From Chthonomonadales bacterium (GTDB lineage: Bacteria; Armatimonadota; Chthonomonadetes; Chthonomonadales; CAJBBX01), in the NCBI GenBank assembly GCA_037443035.1, contig JBBIPC010000017.1, forward strand, positions 1 through 64,000: a stretch of DNA of 64,000 bases, given 5' to 3'. The number at the start of each line of letters is the position of its first letter. The first letter of the stretch is position 1. The notes under the pieces are model-generated. The model was not told where the DNA came from and did not search any database. It saw only the letters and a list, made by a program, of their open reading frames with translations. The position numbers and the translations under genes are program-made. This document shows positions 54,701 to 64,000 of the stretch, piece by piece.

Positions 54701-54920
54701 GGGCTATGTCATCGGTACCTATTCGGCGACGCTCCAGGATGGGACATCCTACAGAATCCCCATGTGGGGCTGGTTCACCGCTGACGGACAAGACCTCGAG
54801 AACGTGGGAGTAACCCCCGACATCGTGGCCGAGGGACCAGCCGAGGCACTTGGTTCTCCGGATGATCATCAGCTTCACGAGGCGGTGAGATACTTGCTTT
54901 CGAAACTACCGGAACGCTGA
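51768..54920 (+). CDS. Tricorn-like S41 family protease with PD40 beta-propellers and PDZ domain
   Basis: Repeated WSPDG; GELNASH, DIRDNGGG, ASDAE and ENVGVTPD. Confidence 0.92.
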   Translation: MGRVATVPWWVILIGVGVPLYAQQVSLQLPERKPIVGMNTPALSPDGSKVCFSYRGDLWTVSVEGGEATRLTVHDAHDAYPRWSPDGKWIAFASDRYPSASMNYDIFVMPAAGGEPRRLTYHTSNEYPFDWSPDGKKLLLQAIRQGDAWQAIELDVASGRTRALTRGRAFVRYAVYSPDGKRIAYCRCARTGNWWRPLYHGSANMDIWLSDLSDGSVQRLTSYDGMDMWPLFSSDGNTVYYVSDVLTPGAPNLVAASIKEKRPVSLTRYPEGSVTWPGISRDGAAIVYVHSGELYIYSMRDHRSRKVTVYAPTDSKVNRLQRMTLTNGASELEIAPDGKTAAVAVRGDIWAFPTEGRGEARRLTADPANDYDFVWSPDGTRIAFVSDRKGAFGIYIVDVKTLAVQEIATSEHDAGSPQWSPDGKRLAYLSSGPAGGLYIAEPSSPGSAYRVAASSGNNRFGVGITAYSWSPDGRWLAFSRRDVRNTTDIWVVPAAGGDAVNVTMTPGSNDNPRWTSDGQNLLFASTRDRLQGADLYVLSLQKPSAREGQPGGADEQLSLGSAVLIDFDEIDQRARRLTTTGVTAYGVSPDGQTIYGVTSFGGGPDLFAVSLRGGPIQRVTTTGDIAGPPRFAARASGRFWCLVADGAVRSYAQQGPSWTASSLSFDARLEVDRESERRQAFREFWRSLKSGFYDPKMHGLSWDRVRERYERLLEGVDTVEEFAFFVLAPMAGELNASHAEVSPRVTGNEPSVADLGLEFDEEYAGPGVRVSGSIRNGPNEGNGPRIRSGEYILRVDGKDVTWGETLWTALAGRAGKETELLVNSEPKVEGARSVKLTPVTPERIRDLQYEQEVRNAQAEVARLSDGRIAYVRVRAMVMESVRRFERDLWGKQADAEGVILDIRDNGGGSTHDQILAQLARVAYGGTRPRDGETSTQPWRVWNKPIVLLVNENSASDAEVFAMGFRRLGLGTIIGARTPGYVIGTYSATLQDGTSYRIPMWGWFTADGQDLENVGVTPDIVAEGPAEALGSPDDHQLHEAVRYLLSKLPER

Positions 54921-54927
54921 CCTGGCA

Positions 54928-54956
54928 TTGACAAACAGAACGAGTCGTGCCATACT
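54928..54956 (+). promoter_or_regulatory. sigma70 promoter for the second small TM + prepilin gene pair
   Basis: TTGACA-N17-CATACT with TGn extended -10. Confidence 0.7.
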
Positions 54957-55116
54957 TCGGTTGTAAAGCAAGTCCACCATCATGATGCCCCGGTATTTCA
55001 ACTCTCCCGTAGTGTTCAGTGTCATGCTGCCGCAACGCATGTCCGCGCGCCCGTGCAATGGCCGACGCCGCCAGGCGTGATGTCATACCAAAGCAAAGTG
55101 AGAAGGAGGTAAGTGC

Positions 55117-55368
55117 GTGAAGAAGAGCGTTCCTCCTGCCGTCGCCGCCGCTGTTGTGATTGTGGCGGTCATCCTGATTGGCTGGTTTCTCTACCGGCGT
55201 ACGATGGGATCAGGATTATCGACGGCGGAGGAAGAGAAGTACCTGAAGCCATTGCAGCTTGGCCCGGGCCAGCAGATGCCAGCGCCGCCCAGACCGGGTG
55301 GTCAGCTCGGTTTGCCGGGTCCAGGGCCGGGAGGGGCAGGAATGCCCATGCCACCGCCGCCCCGTTAG
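55117..55368 (+). CDS. Small single-TM, Pro/Gly-rich hypothetical protein
   Basis: AAGGAGGT RBS; MKKSVPPAVAAAVVIVAVILIGWFLYRR followed by a Pro-rich tail. Confidence 0.8.
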   Translation: MKKSVPPAVAAAVVIVAVILIGWFLYRRTMGSGLSTAEEEKYLKPLQLGPGQQMPAPPRPGGQLGLPGPGPGGAGMPMPPPPR

Positions 55369-55449
55369 GCGGCCTGTCTACGGCGAGGGCGCCATCGCCG
55401 GGCGCCGCGCCGCACTGAACAAGTGCAACACTACCGAAGGAGTGCAGCA

Positions 55450-56166
55450 TTGAGAATTCGAGGGTTTACGCTGATCGAACTGCTGGTCGTGATCGCGATC
55501 ATTGCGATCCTCGCAGCCATCCTGTTCCCTGTCTTTGCTCAGGCGAGGGAGAAAGCACGGGCAACGAGCTGTCTCTCGAACATGAAGCAGATCGGCCTGG
55601 CGTTCAGCATGTACGCCAGCGACCAGGACGGTTGTTATCCGTCCGTCTACGACGACAGCCTAGGCTATCCGGCGGGCCGGATCATCTGGGCCGACAAGAT
55701 CAGCCCGTACATCAAGAATCGCCAGATCTTCGCATGCCCCGGCGGACCCAACAACGTCAATGTCGATCCGGTGGCAGGAGGCTGGCCGAATAACCTGCAG
55801 GGGACCCGCTACTCCATGAACATGGTCCACGGCTGGCACTGGCCCGAAGGGACCCTTAGTGGAACGGGCTGGGCGTCCATCGAGTATCCGGTGCGGGACA
55901 GCATGTTCCGACATCCTGCCGAGACCTCGCTCATCCAGGAGAGCTCCAACGCCTGGTGGTGCCACTGGCTCTGGCATCCTGGGTGGAACAACTACAGTGT
56001 CAACCAGCAGGGCGAGACGATCCTCATCGGCGTGCTGGGCGAGACCATCTATCCGCGCCATAGTGGTGGAACGAACATGACCTTCGTGGACGGTCATGCC
56101 AAGCACCGCAACACTGCGAGCTTGCTCTCGGACCACCGCTGGTGTACCATCGAGTACGAGGACTGA
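55450..56166 (+). CDS. Prepilin-type N-terminal cleavage/methylation + DUF1559-type protein with H-X9-DG motif
   Basis: [52 protein letters not shown] start after AAGGAG. Confidence 0.93.
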   Translation: MRIRGFTLIELLVVIAIIAILAAILFPVFAQAREKARATSCLSNMKQIGLAFSMYASDQDGCYPSVYDDSLGYPAGRIIWADKISPYIKNRQIFACPGGPNNVNVDPVAGGWPNNLQGTRYSMNMVHGWHWPEGTLSGTGWASIEYPVRDSMFRHPAETSLIQESSNAWWCHWLWHPGWNNYSVNQQGETILIGVLGETIYPRHSGGTNMTFVDGHAKHRNTASLLSDHRWCTIEYED

Positions 56167-56189
56167 CGAACGGCAGTCAGTAGGCAGTG

Positions 56190-56226
56190 GCAAGACGGGG
56201 GCGCCGAAGCCCCCGTCTTGCTTTGT
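56190..56226 (+). terminator. Intrinsic terminator
   Basis: 13-bp stem GCAAGACGGGGGC/GCCCCCGTCTTGC followed by TTTGT, between convergent genes. Confidence 0.75.
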
Positions 56227-56243
56227 GCCGTCGCATCATGGGC

Positions 56244-57308
56244 CTACTCGTCGAAGAGCGTTCGACCAGGCTCGCACGGTCCAGCGGAACCCCGGTAGGG
56301 CTGGCCGATGTGGTCGCAGGCTGGACGGGTAATGCATCTGCCTCTTGGCGTCCGCTGAAGGAATCCTAGCTGTAGGAGGTACGGTTCGCAGAGGTCTTCG
56401 ATCGTGTCCCGTTCCTCGCTCAGTGCCGCCGCCAGCGTCTCGACCCCCACCGGGCCGCCGCCATAGTTCGCTGCAATGGCATGGAGATACCGCTTGTCGA
56501 AATCATCCAAGCCCAGTGCGTCAATGCCCAACATGGACATGGTGGCCTCCACTGTCTCGGGATCCACGATGCCATGAGCTCGGACCTGCGCGTAGTCACG
56601 GCAGCGTCGGAGCAGCCGGTTCGCGACCCGCGGAGTGCCTCGAGCACGACGACCGATTTCGGTCGCTCCTGCAGCAGTTGTTGTGACGCCCAGGATCTCC
56701 GAAGATCGGAGTACGATGGTAGCAAGCTCCTCCGGTGTGTAGAACTCGAGGTAGTACTGCATGCCGAACCTGTCCCGCAGCGGGGATGATACAAGACCTG
56801 CCCTGGTCGTCGCGCCAATGAGGGTGAAACGGGGCAGGGGAAGCCGCATGGTGCGTGCGCTCGGTCCCTTGCCGATGATGAGGTCCAAGGTGAAGTCCTC
56901 CATAGCTGGGTAGAGAACTTCTTCGATGGCCCTGCTGAGCCTGTGGATTTCGTCAATGAAGAGAATGCTGCCGGGTTCCAGGTTTGTCAGGATGGCGGCC
57001 AAGTCCCCCGGTCGTTCGATGGCAGGACCGGAGGTGGCGCGGATGGGAGCCTCCATTTCGTTCGCGCACACATGGCTCAGCGTTGTCTTTCCCAGGCCAG
57101 GGGGCCCGTAGAGGAGCAGGTGGTCCAGGGGTTCGGAGCGGGCCCTGGCGGCCTCGATCGCGACGGCAAGGTTGTCTTTGAGGCGCTGCTGCCCAATGAA
57201 CTCCCTCAGCCGCCTGGGCCGCAGCGAAAGCTCGTCGGGATCCTCTGGACTGCGCCGTGGATCCACGAGACGAGTAGGATGCTCACCATCAGCCATCGTT
57301 AGCGGCAT
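56244..57308 (-). CDS. ruvB: Holliday junction branch migration ATPase RuvB
   Basis: [24 protein letters not shown] and RGTPR. Confidence 0.98.
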   Translation of the reverse strand: MPLTMADGEHPTRLVDPRRSPEDPDELSLRPRRLREFIGQQRLKDNLAVAIEAARARSEPLDHLLLYGPPGLGKTTLSHVCANEMEAPIRATSGPAIERPGDLAAILTNLEPGSILFIDEIHRLSRAIEEVLYPAMEDFTLDLIIGKGPSARTMRLPLPRFTLIGATTRAGLVSSPLRDRFGMQYYLEFYTPEELATIVLRSSEILGVTTTAAGATEIGRRARGTPRVANRLLRRCRDYAQVRAHGIVDPETVEATMSMLGIDALGLDDFDKRYLHAIAANYGGGPVGVETLAAALSEERDTIEDLCEPYLLQLGFLQRTPRGRCITRPACDHIGQPYRGSAGPCEPGRTLFDE

Positions 57309-57311
57309 GTC

Positions 57312-58232
57312 TCAGGCGAAACGGCGCAAGAGCTCATCCAGGAGCGACAGATGGTCGTCTTCACCCTCAGGATGTTGCCATCTCCTGCGAAGGAATTCCT
57401 GCTCGTCCACGATGCTCGGCTTTGACGGGTTCCGATAGAGGACGCCCAGCGGGTAGGCATCCTGTTGGGAGGCCAGGGCGAATGCTGCGAGCTTGTCCGT
57501 GGGATCATGGTCTGCTGGAATGTCGTACGTCCGGTGCCGGTAGAACTCCTCGGTCTGATCCTGATTGAACGTCGGACAGGGAGAGAAGACGTCCACCAGG
57601 GCGAATCCCCGGTGCTGGATGGCCTCGACGAGAATGTCGGCGAGTTGATTCGGTCGGTAGGAGAACCCACGAGCCACGAACGAGCAGTCCATCGCTACGG
57701 CAAGCGCCACGGGGTTGATGGAGTCCTCTGTGCTGCCGTATGGTGTGGTCTTCCACCGCTTCGGGTCAATCCGCGGCTGGACGGACGCCAGGGGGACCAT
57801 AGATGTTGGTGACACCTGGCCCTTCGTGAGGCCATAGGTGTTGTTGTTCATGATGAGATACGTGACGTCCGGATTGCGTCGCGCAGCATGGGAGAGGTGA
57901 CCACCGCCAATGGAGTAACCGTCGCCGTCCCCTCCGACGCCGATGACGTTCAGGTCAGGGCGTGCGCACTTGATGCCGGTGGCCACGGGCAAGACGCGCC
58001 CATGTACTCCATGGAATCCGTAAGTCGCAACGAAGCCTGGAAGGCGGGAGGAACAACCAATGCCCGAAACGATCACCGTCTTGTCCGGATCTAGATTGCA
58101 GACGCTGAGGGCCTTGAAGAGAGCGCTGAGGACGCCGAAATCACCGCATCCTGGGCACCAGATGGGCGCGAGGTCACTCTTGTAGTCACGCGGTGCTAGT
58201 TTCCGGTCGGCAGCGACAGCTAGGTTACTCAT
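57312..58232 (-). CDS. 2-oxoacid:ferredoxin oxidoreductase beta subunit
   Basis: WCPGCGD, SGIGCS, HGR, GGDGD and YGLTKGQ. Confidence 0.95.
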   Translation of the reverse strand: MSNLAVAADRKLAPRDYKSDLAPIWCPGCGDFGVLSALFKALSVCNLDPDKTVIVSGIGCSSRLPGFVATYGFHGVHGRVLPVATGIKCARPDLNVIGVGGDGDGYSIGGGHLSHAARRNPDVTYLIMNNNTYGLTKGQVSPTSMVPLASVQPRIDPKRWKTTPYGSTEDSINPVALAVAMDCSFVARGFSYRPNQLADILVEAIQHRGFALVDVFSPCPTFNQDQTEEFYRHRTYDIPADHDPTDKLAAFALASQQDAYPLGVLYRNPSKPSIVDEQEFLRRRWQHPEGEDDHLSLLDELLRRFA

Positions 58233-60049
58233 TGGTGATACCTCCCCTCGTGTGGCGTGTCAGCAAGTTCACAGATACGTCGGTAGATGTCGCTCGAGAG
58301 GAATGGGAGACCATCGTCCTTCCGCAGGGATGCCACGGAGAGGTTCGTGTTCACTTTGATCCAGTTGGCGAGCTGTCCGCTCCATGTGAGTTCGGGTACC
58401 AGCACCGTCCGGCACCGGGCGGCGAACTCCAGGACCTGCTGCCGGGGAAACGGCTGGAGCAGCCGCAGATGGAGATGCGCCACCCGAATCCCTTCGCTCT
58501 CTGCTCGCTCCGTCGCCTCCCTGATTACGCCTTCCAGCGATCCATAGGCAATGATCCCCACGTCAGCCTCATCCGGAGTACCCCAGTGTCGGACCAGCCG
58601 ATTCGCATGACGTTCCAGCAGGGCTGCCATCTTGCGGAATCGCTTGGCTTTCATGCGCGTCGCTAGCTCGGGTGTGTAGCCAGGATCACCGACCTCGTCG
58701 TGCTCGATGCCTGTGCTGGTGTAGGCACCACCAGGGGTGCCAGGGATCGCCATGGGAGAGATACCGTCCTCGGTGTCCAAGTAGCGCTTGTAGCCGTTAG
58801 CGAGCTCTTCGTCCGTCGGTGTACGGCGGTCTACGAGTTGGAGGTGGCTGACGTCGGGTGGAGGAACGGTGGAGCGCCGTGTCGCCATGGACTGATCAGA
58901 GAGGAGGATGACGGGGCACTGAAACTCCTCCGCTAGGTTGAATGCTTCGATCGTTGTCCAGAACGTATCTTCCACCGACGAGCAGGCCAGCACCACACGC
59001 GGGGATTCGTTGTGCATCCCGTAGATCGCCAGATTGAGGTCACCCTGACTCGTCTTCGTTGGCAGGCCAGTGCTGGCGCCGCCACGTTGGACGTCGGTGA
59101 TCACCACAGGAATCTCGGCTTGGCCAGCGAGGTTCGCCAACTCGACCATGAGGCTGAGCCCTGGCCCCGAGGTGGCAGTCATGGCCCGCTGGCCGGCGTA
59201 ACTGGCGCCCAGGCACATCCCTAGGGCTGCGATCTCGTCTTCCGCCTGGATGACTGTCCCGCCGAACGCGGGAAGTTCTCTGGCGAGGAACTCCATGATC
59301 TCGGAAGCCGGCGTAATGGGATAGCCTGCGTAGAACTTCAGACCGGCCGCAATGGCACCCATGCTGAGCATCTGATTGCCTGTCACCATAAGGCGACGCT
59401 GGCGCTGCTCGACGGGATGCACAAGCACCGCTCGGTTCGGACCGAGCTGTTCCATGACGTACCGAGCGCCTGTCTGCAGCGCGCTAACGTTCATGCGTAC
59501 GACGGGTTCCCCTTTACGTCCGAACACGCGCTGAAGATACACCTCAGCCGGTTCGAGCGGCGCACCGAGTAGAGCCATGAGCGCACCCAGACCGACGGTG
59601 TTCACTGGCGCCGGCAGCCGCTTCAGAATCTCCCCCTCCAACTCGTGACGAATGGCTTCCTTCTGTTCACGGGCCAGCGTCGTGATGGGAAGTGCGATGT
59701 CTGTTCGGTTCGAATCTGGCGGCGGCGTGAACGCATCCGAGTTGTAGAGCAGGATGGCATTCTCGCTCAGACCAGAGCCGAACAACGAGAAACCCTCGTC
59801 GTTCAATGCCACGAGAATATCCACGCTATCGCCCGGCGACAATGTCACACCACTCTTGCCGCGGAGCTGGTACATCACCGTACCACCCTTGATCTCAGCA
59901 GGAAAGGTCTGAAACGTGTAGATGTCGAGGCCCATCTGGGTGAACATTTCGACCATGACATCGCCGAGGGTCACAGTACCCTCTCCGGACTCACCCACGA
60001 GGCGGATCACGACGTCGGTCGCGGTAGACAACGCTGTCTCCTGTGTCAT
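58229..60049 (-). CDS. 2-oxoacid:acceptor oxidoreductase alpha subunit (gamma-alpha fusion)
   Basis: GESGEG, AEIKGG, YPITP, QAEDE, TSGPG and QRGG.STGLPT. Confidence 0.95.
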   Translation of the reverse strand: MTQETALSTATDVVIRLVGESGEGTVTLGDVMVEMFTQMGLDIYTFQTFPAEIKGGTVMYQLRGKSGVTLSPGDSVDILVALNDEGFSLFGSGLSENAILLYNSDAFTPPPDSNRTDIALPITTLAREQKEAIRHELEGEILKRLPAPVNTVGLGALMALLGAPLEPAEVYLQRVFGRKGEPVVRMNVSALQTGARYVMEQLGPNRAVLVHPVEQRQRRLMVTGNQMLSMGAIAAGLKFYAGYPITPASEIMEFLARELPAFGGTVIQAEDEIAALGMCLGASYAGQRAMTATSGPGLSLMVELANLAGQAEIPVVITDVQRGGASTGLPTKTSQGDLNLAIYGMHNESPRVVLACSSVEDTFWTTIEAFNLAEEFQCPVILLSDQSMATRRSTVPPPDVSHLQLVDRRTPTDEELANGYKRYLDTEDGISPMAIPGTPGGAYTSTGIEHDEVGDPGYTPELATRMKAKRFRKMAALLERHANRLVRHWGTPDEADVGIIAYGSLEGVIREATERAESEGIRVAHLHLRLLQPFPRQQVLEFAARCRTVLVPELTWSGQLANWIKVNTNLSVASLRKDDGLPFLSSDIYRRICELADTPHEGRYHQ

Positions 60050-60230
60050 TCGGTATCCCTCTCAATGGCGAGCTGCGGCTTCAGAACGCGGCGTGCTCGT
60101 CGAGTAGAATGGTCTCATACCATAGGTTACCTCTCTTAGCACCGAAAAACGCCTAGGGCGCATCGGGGGTTCTGTATTGGGGGAGAAGAGTACGTAGACC
60201 AGCGCCCGCTGGCGCTCCAGGGAGGCACGG

Positions 60231-63200
60231 ATGAGACATAGGCATACAAGGTTCTTCCGGTCTTATACGATGGGTTTGTTGCTCGGGGCCGCGTGGCCGG
60301 TGGCCCCTGCGACCCCCCAGTTAGCCGTACGTATCGAGAATGCTGGAGATTCCCGGATGCTGATAGCGCGCATGGTCATTCCTGGTGCCGTCCAGCAGCG
60401 CCTTGGGAATGCGGACGGGACCTGCAAACTCGAGCTTCAAGGGTCTCGGGGCCAGTCTGTATGGGCCTTCCTGGTTCCCGACCCAGTCTCTTCGCAGCCA
60501 CAGCGAGAGGGCACGCTCGTGTTCGTGGACGCAACGCTGCATAAGCGGGGGGTGTTCAGGGTTGGCCGGATAGAGACGTGTCAGGCCCGCTCCGTGACAG
60601 GAGCGCTGGACGCAACTACCGGTGGCGCCACATGGACGTTCGACGCGTCGAAACAGGGAGGATTGCCGCACGCTATCCGGTTCACGGAGGCAGGACCGAC
60701 GAAGGATGTCCAACCCGTTACGAGCTTCGCATGGAATGACCGAGTTCATCATGCGCAGCGGGGCGGGTGGCTACTGCGCAACGACCGTGCAGCCAAGCTG
60801 ACCGTGTTGGTAGAGACGCCCCAGCTGACGGTAGTGCGCGTCACGGCCCGATACTGTGGTGGGGACGGCACTCCAGAGCCCGGCGGTGCTAGGGCCGTAT
60901 ACGATTGGTATCTCTTTCGCAGCACGCCTCGGGTCCTTGTCCAGTCCTTTGTCGAACAGCGGTACGCACAAGAGTGGCACGAGTTGCACCATCTGGAGTT
61001 CAACTTCCCGGACACGCGATTCGTTGCTTGGACCGGCGGTGCAACGAAGGGCGGGGTTTTCCAGGCAGACAAGAAGGGCTGGCAGACAACTGGCTGGGGG
61101 GCGTTGATGGATGGTGACACCGGCCAGGCGCGGTCGGTCCTGGCTTTGCTTGCCCCAGTGGTGCGGTTCTATGACGGGCGGGGCGAATATGGCACGTACA
61201 TCCACGGGTTGTGGGATCGGTGGTCCACACGAAGTAGGTTCCTGACGGCATGGCTATGGGTCGGGACATCGCGGGCGCCAGAGGAGGTCTTGGCGAGGGA
61301 AGCGGCGCTGCGGCCCTCCATGGCGATGTTCACTACCGAGGCGCTGGAGCGTCGCATTGCGGCTCTTCCCTCCAAAGAACGCGGCCAGTGGACAGCCGCC
61401 GTGGCTGAGCGCCTCCTGGCAAGAGGAGAACTGGAAATGGCGGAGAAGGTAGCGCAGGCTGGGGCCACGCCGAGTGCCGCATTTGCGGGTCTCGTCATGG
61501 GGCGCGCCGGAGATGCCGGACTGGCCCTCCGTGTGATGGCTGACGGCGTCCGCATCCACAGCTTCTACGATCATCGTGCTCGGAAGGAACTGGCGGCTGA
61601 TAGGCAGCCACCTCTTATCCGCGTGCTCCTCCGTCGGACGAGCGATGGTGCAACGGAAGAGATCACCTCCGACAGCGGTTGGACAGGCGTCGAGTGCAGT
61701 AGATTGCCCAACGGTACCCTCAGTCTGCGCCTCCACACACCGGCCGACAAGCGATTCACCGGATTACGCGTTGTCGCGTCGGCACGTCCCGATCCTATTG
61801 CGGCCGCGTGGCGGTGGAGCCTACGTGTCGAGAACTCGAACACCGAGTGGGGCATCGAAAGAGTGGCGTTCCCGCAGATAGCCGTGTTGGCGCCGGATGA
61901 GAACACCGTGGCGTTCTATCCCACAGGAGCCGGCGTGCTCACCAGGCTGCAGCGTGGCTCCTCCATTCAGAAGGAGAGCCTCTACCCGAACGGATGGTGC
62001 ACGATGCAGTATATGGCCGTGTACTCCGAGGGTCGTGGGCTTGGCATGTACGCCGGTCTCCACGATCCTGCGGCATCCACTAAGAGCCTCGTCATGTCAT
62101 CCGATGACGGCGCTGCCGTCACACTCTCCTTCGATTCTCCCGTGCCTGATATGGGGAAGCCCGGGACCACTTTCGCGATGCCGGGAGAGGGGGTCTGGCA
62201 GGTTCTCAGGGGCGATTGGTATGACGCAGCTCGTATCTACCGAGCCTGGATCCGCAAGAGCGCGCGATGGTTCCCGAAGCTGGGTCCGAATGGGCGCCTT
62301 GACACGCCGACGTGGATGAAGGAGCTATGTGCGTGGGCGCAGACCGGAGGCAGTCCCGCAGATTGTGTGGCAGCAGTCAAGAGCATGCAGCAGGCGCTTG
62401 GTGTACCCATCGGATTCCACTGGTACAACTGGCACGAGATCCCCTTCGATAACGACTATCCCCACTATTTCCCGACGAAGGCGGGCGTTGCCGAGGCAGT
62501 CTCGGACCTGCAATCGCATAATGTGTTCGTGATGCCATACATCAATGGCCGTTTGTGGGACACGCGGGACCGCGGTACCGAAGACTACGAGTTCACGTCC
62601 AAAGCACTTCCTGCCGCGACGAAGGATCGTGCCGGAGCGCCGTACGTCGAGACGTATGGGAGCAAGGAAGCGGACGGTAGCCCCGTGAGACTCGCGGTCA
62701 TGTGCCCCACCACAAGACTCTGGCAGGACACGATCCGCACAATCGTGCTCCGGCTCATGACAGAAGTGGGCACGAAAGCGGTCTACATTGACCAGATCTC
62801 GGCAGCGCCTCCCGTGTTGTGCATGGACGCTTCCCATGGTCATCCACTGGGCGGGGGGTCATGGTGGACCGTGGATGGTTACTGGCCGTTCCTGAGGGCG
62901 ATTCGGAGCGCCATGCCGCCTGACCGCATGATCACGTCGGAGTGCGCCGCGGAATCGTACGCGGGCATGCTGGATGGCCAGTTGTCCTGGGAGTGGCAGT
63001 ACGACGGCATGGTACCGGCACTGCCGGCGGTCTACGGAGGCGCCGTGCAATACTTCGGGCGCAACTATGGTGCCGGCGCGAGCACCCGGGACCTTGCGCT
63101 CTGCATGAAAATGGGACAGCAACTTGTCTACGGTGAGCAGATTGGCTGGCTGGATCCTCGCATAGCTACGGAAGCGGTCGCTGGTGCGTTCTTGCGGCTG

Positions 63201-63593
63201 GTAGTGCGGACCCGCCATCGTTTCGTACGGTACTTCGCCGCCGGCGAAATGGCGCGCCCGCCGAAGCTCCAGGCAGGGGTTCCGTCGGTTCGCGCCGACT
63301 GGGCATGGTACGGCGAGACATGGGTAACAACACCGGCAGTACTGACGGGGGCGTGGGTCTTGCCGCATGAGCGACGTCTGCTCCTACTGTTCGTGAACGT
63401 CAGCGACCGGGAAGTGCGAACCGACTATCAGTGGAACGCCACGACCTATGGCATCTCGTCAGGTCGCGTGACATGCGCAGTGATCCGAGATCCCGATGAA
63501 CCGCCCGGCAGCCCAAGACCACTGGCTTCTCGCGCCAGGCTTCCCCTCGTGCTGGGGCCGCGCAGCCTCGAGGCCTGGGAAGTCCGCTGGTAA
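60231..63593 (+). CDS. Large secreted protein with C-terminal DUF6259-like putative glycoside hydrolase domain
   Basis: Signal peptide; HWYNWHEIPFDNDYP, MPYINGRLWD, VYIDQ, HGHPLGGG and TSEC.AE. Confidence 0.75.
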   Translation: MRHRHTRFFRSYTMGLLLGAAWPVAPATPQLAVRIENAGDSRMLIARMVIPGAVQQRLGNADGTCKLELQGSRGQSVWAFLVPDPVSSQPQREGTLVFVDATLHKRGVFRVGRIETCQARSVTGALDATTGGATWTFDASKQGGLPHAIRFTEAGPTKDVQPVTSFAWNDRVHHAQRGGWLLRNDRAAKLTVLVETPQLTVVRVTARYCGGDGTPEPGGARAVYDWYLFRSTPRVLVQSFVEQRYAQEWHELHHLEFNFPDTRFVAWTGGATKGGVFQADKKGWQTTGWGALMDGDTGQARSVLALLAPVVRFYDGRGEYGTYIHGLWDRWSTRSRFLTAWLWVGTSRAPEEVLAREAALRPSMAMFTTEALERRIAALPSKERGQWTAAVAERLLARGELEMAEKVAQAGATPSAAFAGLVMGRAGDAGLALRVMADGVRIHSFYDHRARKELAADRQPPLIRVLLRRTSDGATEEITSDSGWTGVECSRLPNGTLSLRLHTPADKRFTGLRVVASARPDPIAAAWRWSLRVENSNTEWGIERVAFPQIAVLAPDENTVAFYPTGAGVLTRLQRGSSIQKESLYPNGWCTMQYMAVYSEGRGLGMYAGLHDPAASTKSLVMSSDDGAAVTLSFDSPVPDMGKPGTTFAMPGEGVWQVLRGDWYDAARIYRAWIRKSARWFPKLGPNGRLDTPTWMKELCAWAQTGGSPADCVAAVKSMQQALGVPIGFHWYNWHEIPFDNDYPHYFPTKAGVAEAVSDLQSHNVFVMPYINGRLWDTRDRGTEDYEFTSKALPAATKDRAGAPYVETYGSKEADGSPVRLAVMCPTTRLWQDTIRTIVLRLMTEVGTKAVYIDQISAAPPVLCMDASHGHPLGGGSWWTVDGYWPFLRAIRSAMPPDRMITSECAAESYAGMLDGQLSWEWQYDGMVPALPAVYGGAVQYFGRNYGAGASTRDLALCMKMGQQLVYGEQIGWLDPRIATEAVAGAFLRLVVRTRHRFVRYFAAGEMARPPKLQAGVPSVRADWAWYGETWVTTPAVLTGAWVLPHERRLLLLFVNVSDREVRTDYQWNATTYGISSGRVTCAVIRDPDEPPGSPRPLASRARLPLVLGPRSLEAWEVRW

Positions 63594-63607
63594 CTGCAGC
63601 AGAAGAC

Positions 63608-64000
63608 CTAATGAGCCAGCGGAATTGTGACCGGCAGTCGCCCGCATGGCTGGAAGCGACCCAGGAGCGCATCAGCCAGAGCGCGTAAGCTGCAGCGCTG
63701 GTAGCCGTACGTGCACAGGTAGGTCCCGATCTGGGGGAATCGCCTGATATCGAAGGGTTCGCGGATAGCTACAACCACTAGCCGCTCTGGGTGCAGAGCG
63801 TGGATCTTGTGGATCAGTGCGGCCTGCGCGACTTGGTCAATCGGCCGGGTGGCCCAGGGCTCGCGAGGCGCAGTCAGTGCGAGGATTCGGTCTGCCTGTG
63901 CTACATGTGCCAGTGCCTCGTGCATGGCCACTCCAGACACATCCGGATCGAAAACGATGGGAGTTGTCCGGACACCCCGTTCCGCGAGCAACTGAGCTAC
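63608..64000 (-). CDS. C-terminal end of a GH3 (beta-N-acetylhexosaminidase-like) protein; 5' part outside the window
   Basis: VVVAIREPFD, YLCTYG and G...P.GRLPVTIP. Confidence 0.75.
   Translation of the reverse strand, partial: VAQLLAERGVRTTPIVFDPDVSGVAMHEALAHVAQADRILALTAPREPWATRPIDQVAQAALIHKIHALHPERLVVVAIREPFDIRRFPQIGTYLCTYGYQRCSLRALADALLGRFQPCGRLPVTIPLAH

Noticed and set aside
56244..57308. ruvB without adjacent ruvA/ruvC
   Set aside because: Split ruv loci are common; nothing else unusual.

Overview
This is a 64 kb GC-rich bacterial chromosomal segment, probably Armatimonadota. That assignment is an inference from two '[32 protein letters not shown]' prepilin/DUF1559-type genes and the carbohydrate-enzyme repertoire. 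Most of the window is housekeeping and metabolism: proS, nth, tRNA-Ser(GGA), DeoR regulator + glmS, SOD, dprA, radical SAM, 2-oxoacid dehydrogenase E1/E2, tkt, plsC-like acyltransferase, ferredoxin, PduO, greA, ruvB and 2-oxoacid:ferredoxin oxidoreductase. It also carries glycoside hydrolases (GH32, GH51, GH38, DUF6259-like, GH3 end), a tricorn-like S41 protease and a ~1,920 aa secreted protein with 13 Ig-like repeats. Four things stand out. (1) At 18.85-20.4 kb a collapsed type I restriction-modification operon (hsdM 5' end, hsdS 3' end, hsdR 5' end) has only one full-length ORF left, a REP-associated-type Y1 (HUH) transposase; it overlaps the hsdS stop codon and carries a perfect 28-bp GTAG palindrome inside its own ORF. 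(2) A module of sigma70 promoter, small single-TM Pro-rich protein and prepilin/DUF1559 protein occurs twice. (3) A RibD-like protein has inverted reductase-deaminase domain order. (4) There are several candidate operators and ECF-type promoters. No CRISPR array, rRNA or prophage was seen. All family calls come from motif recognition by eye; no database searches were run.
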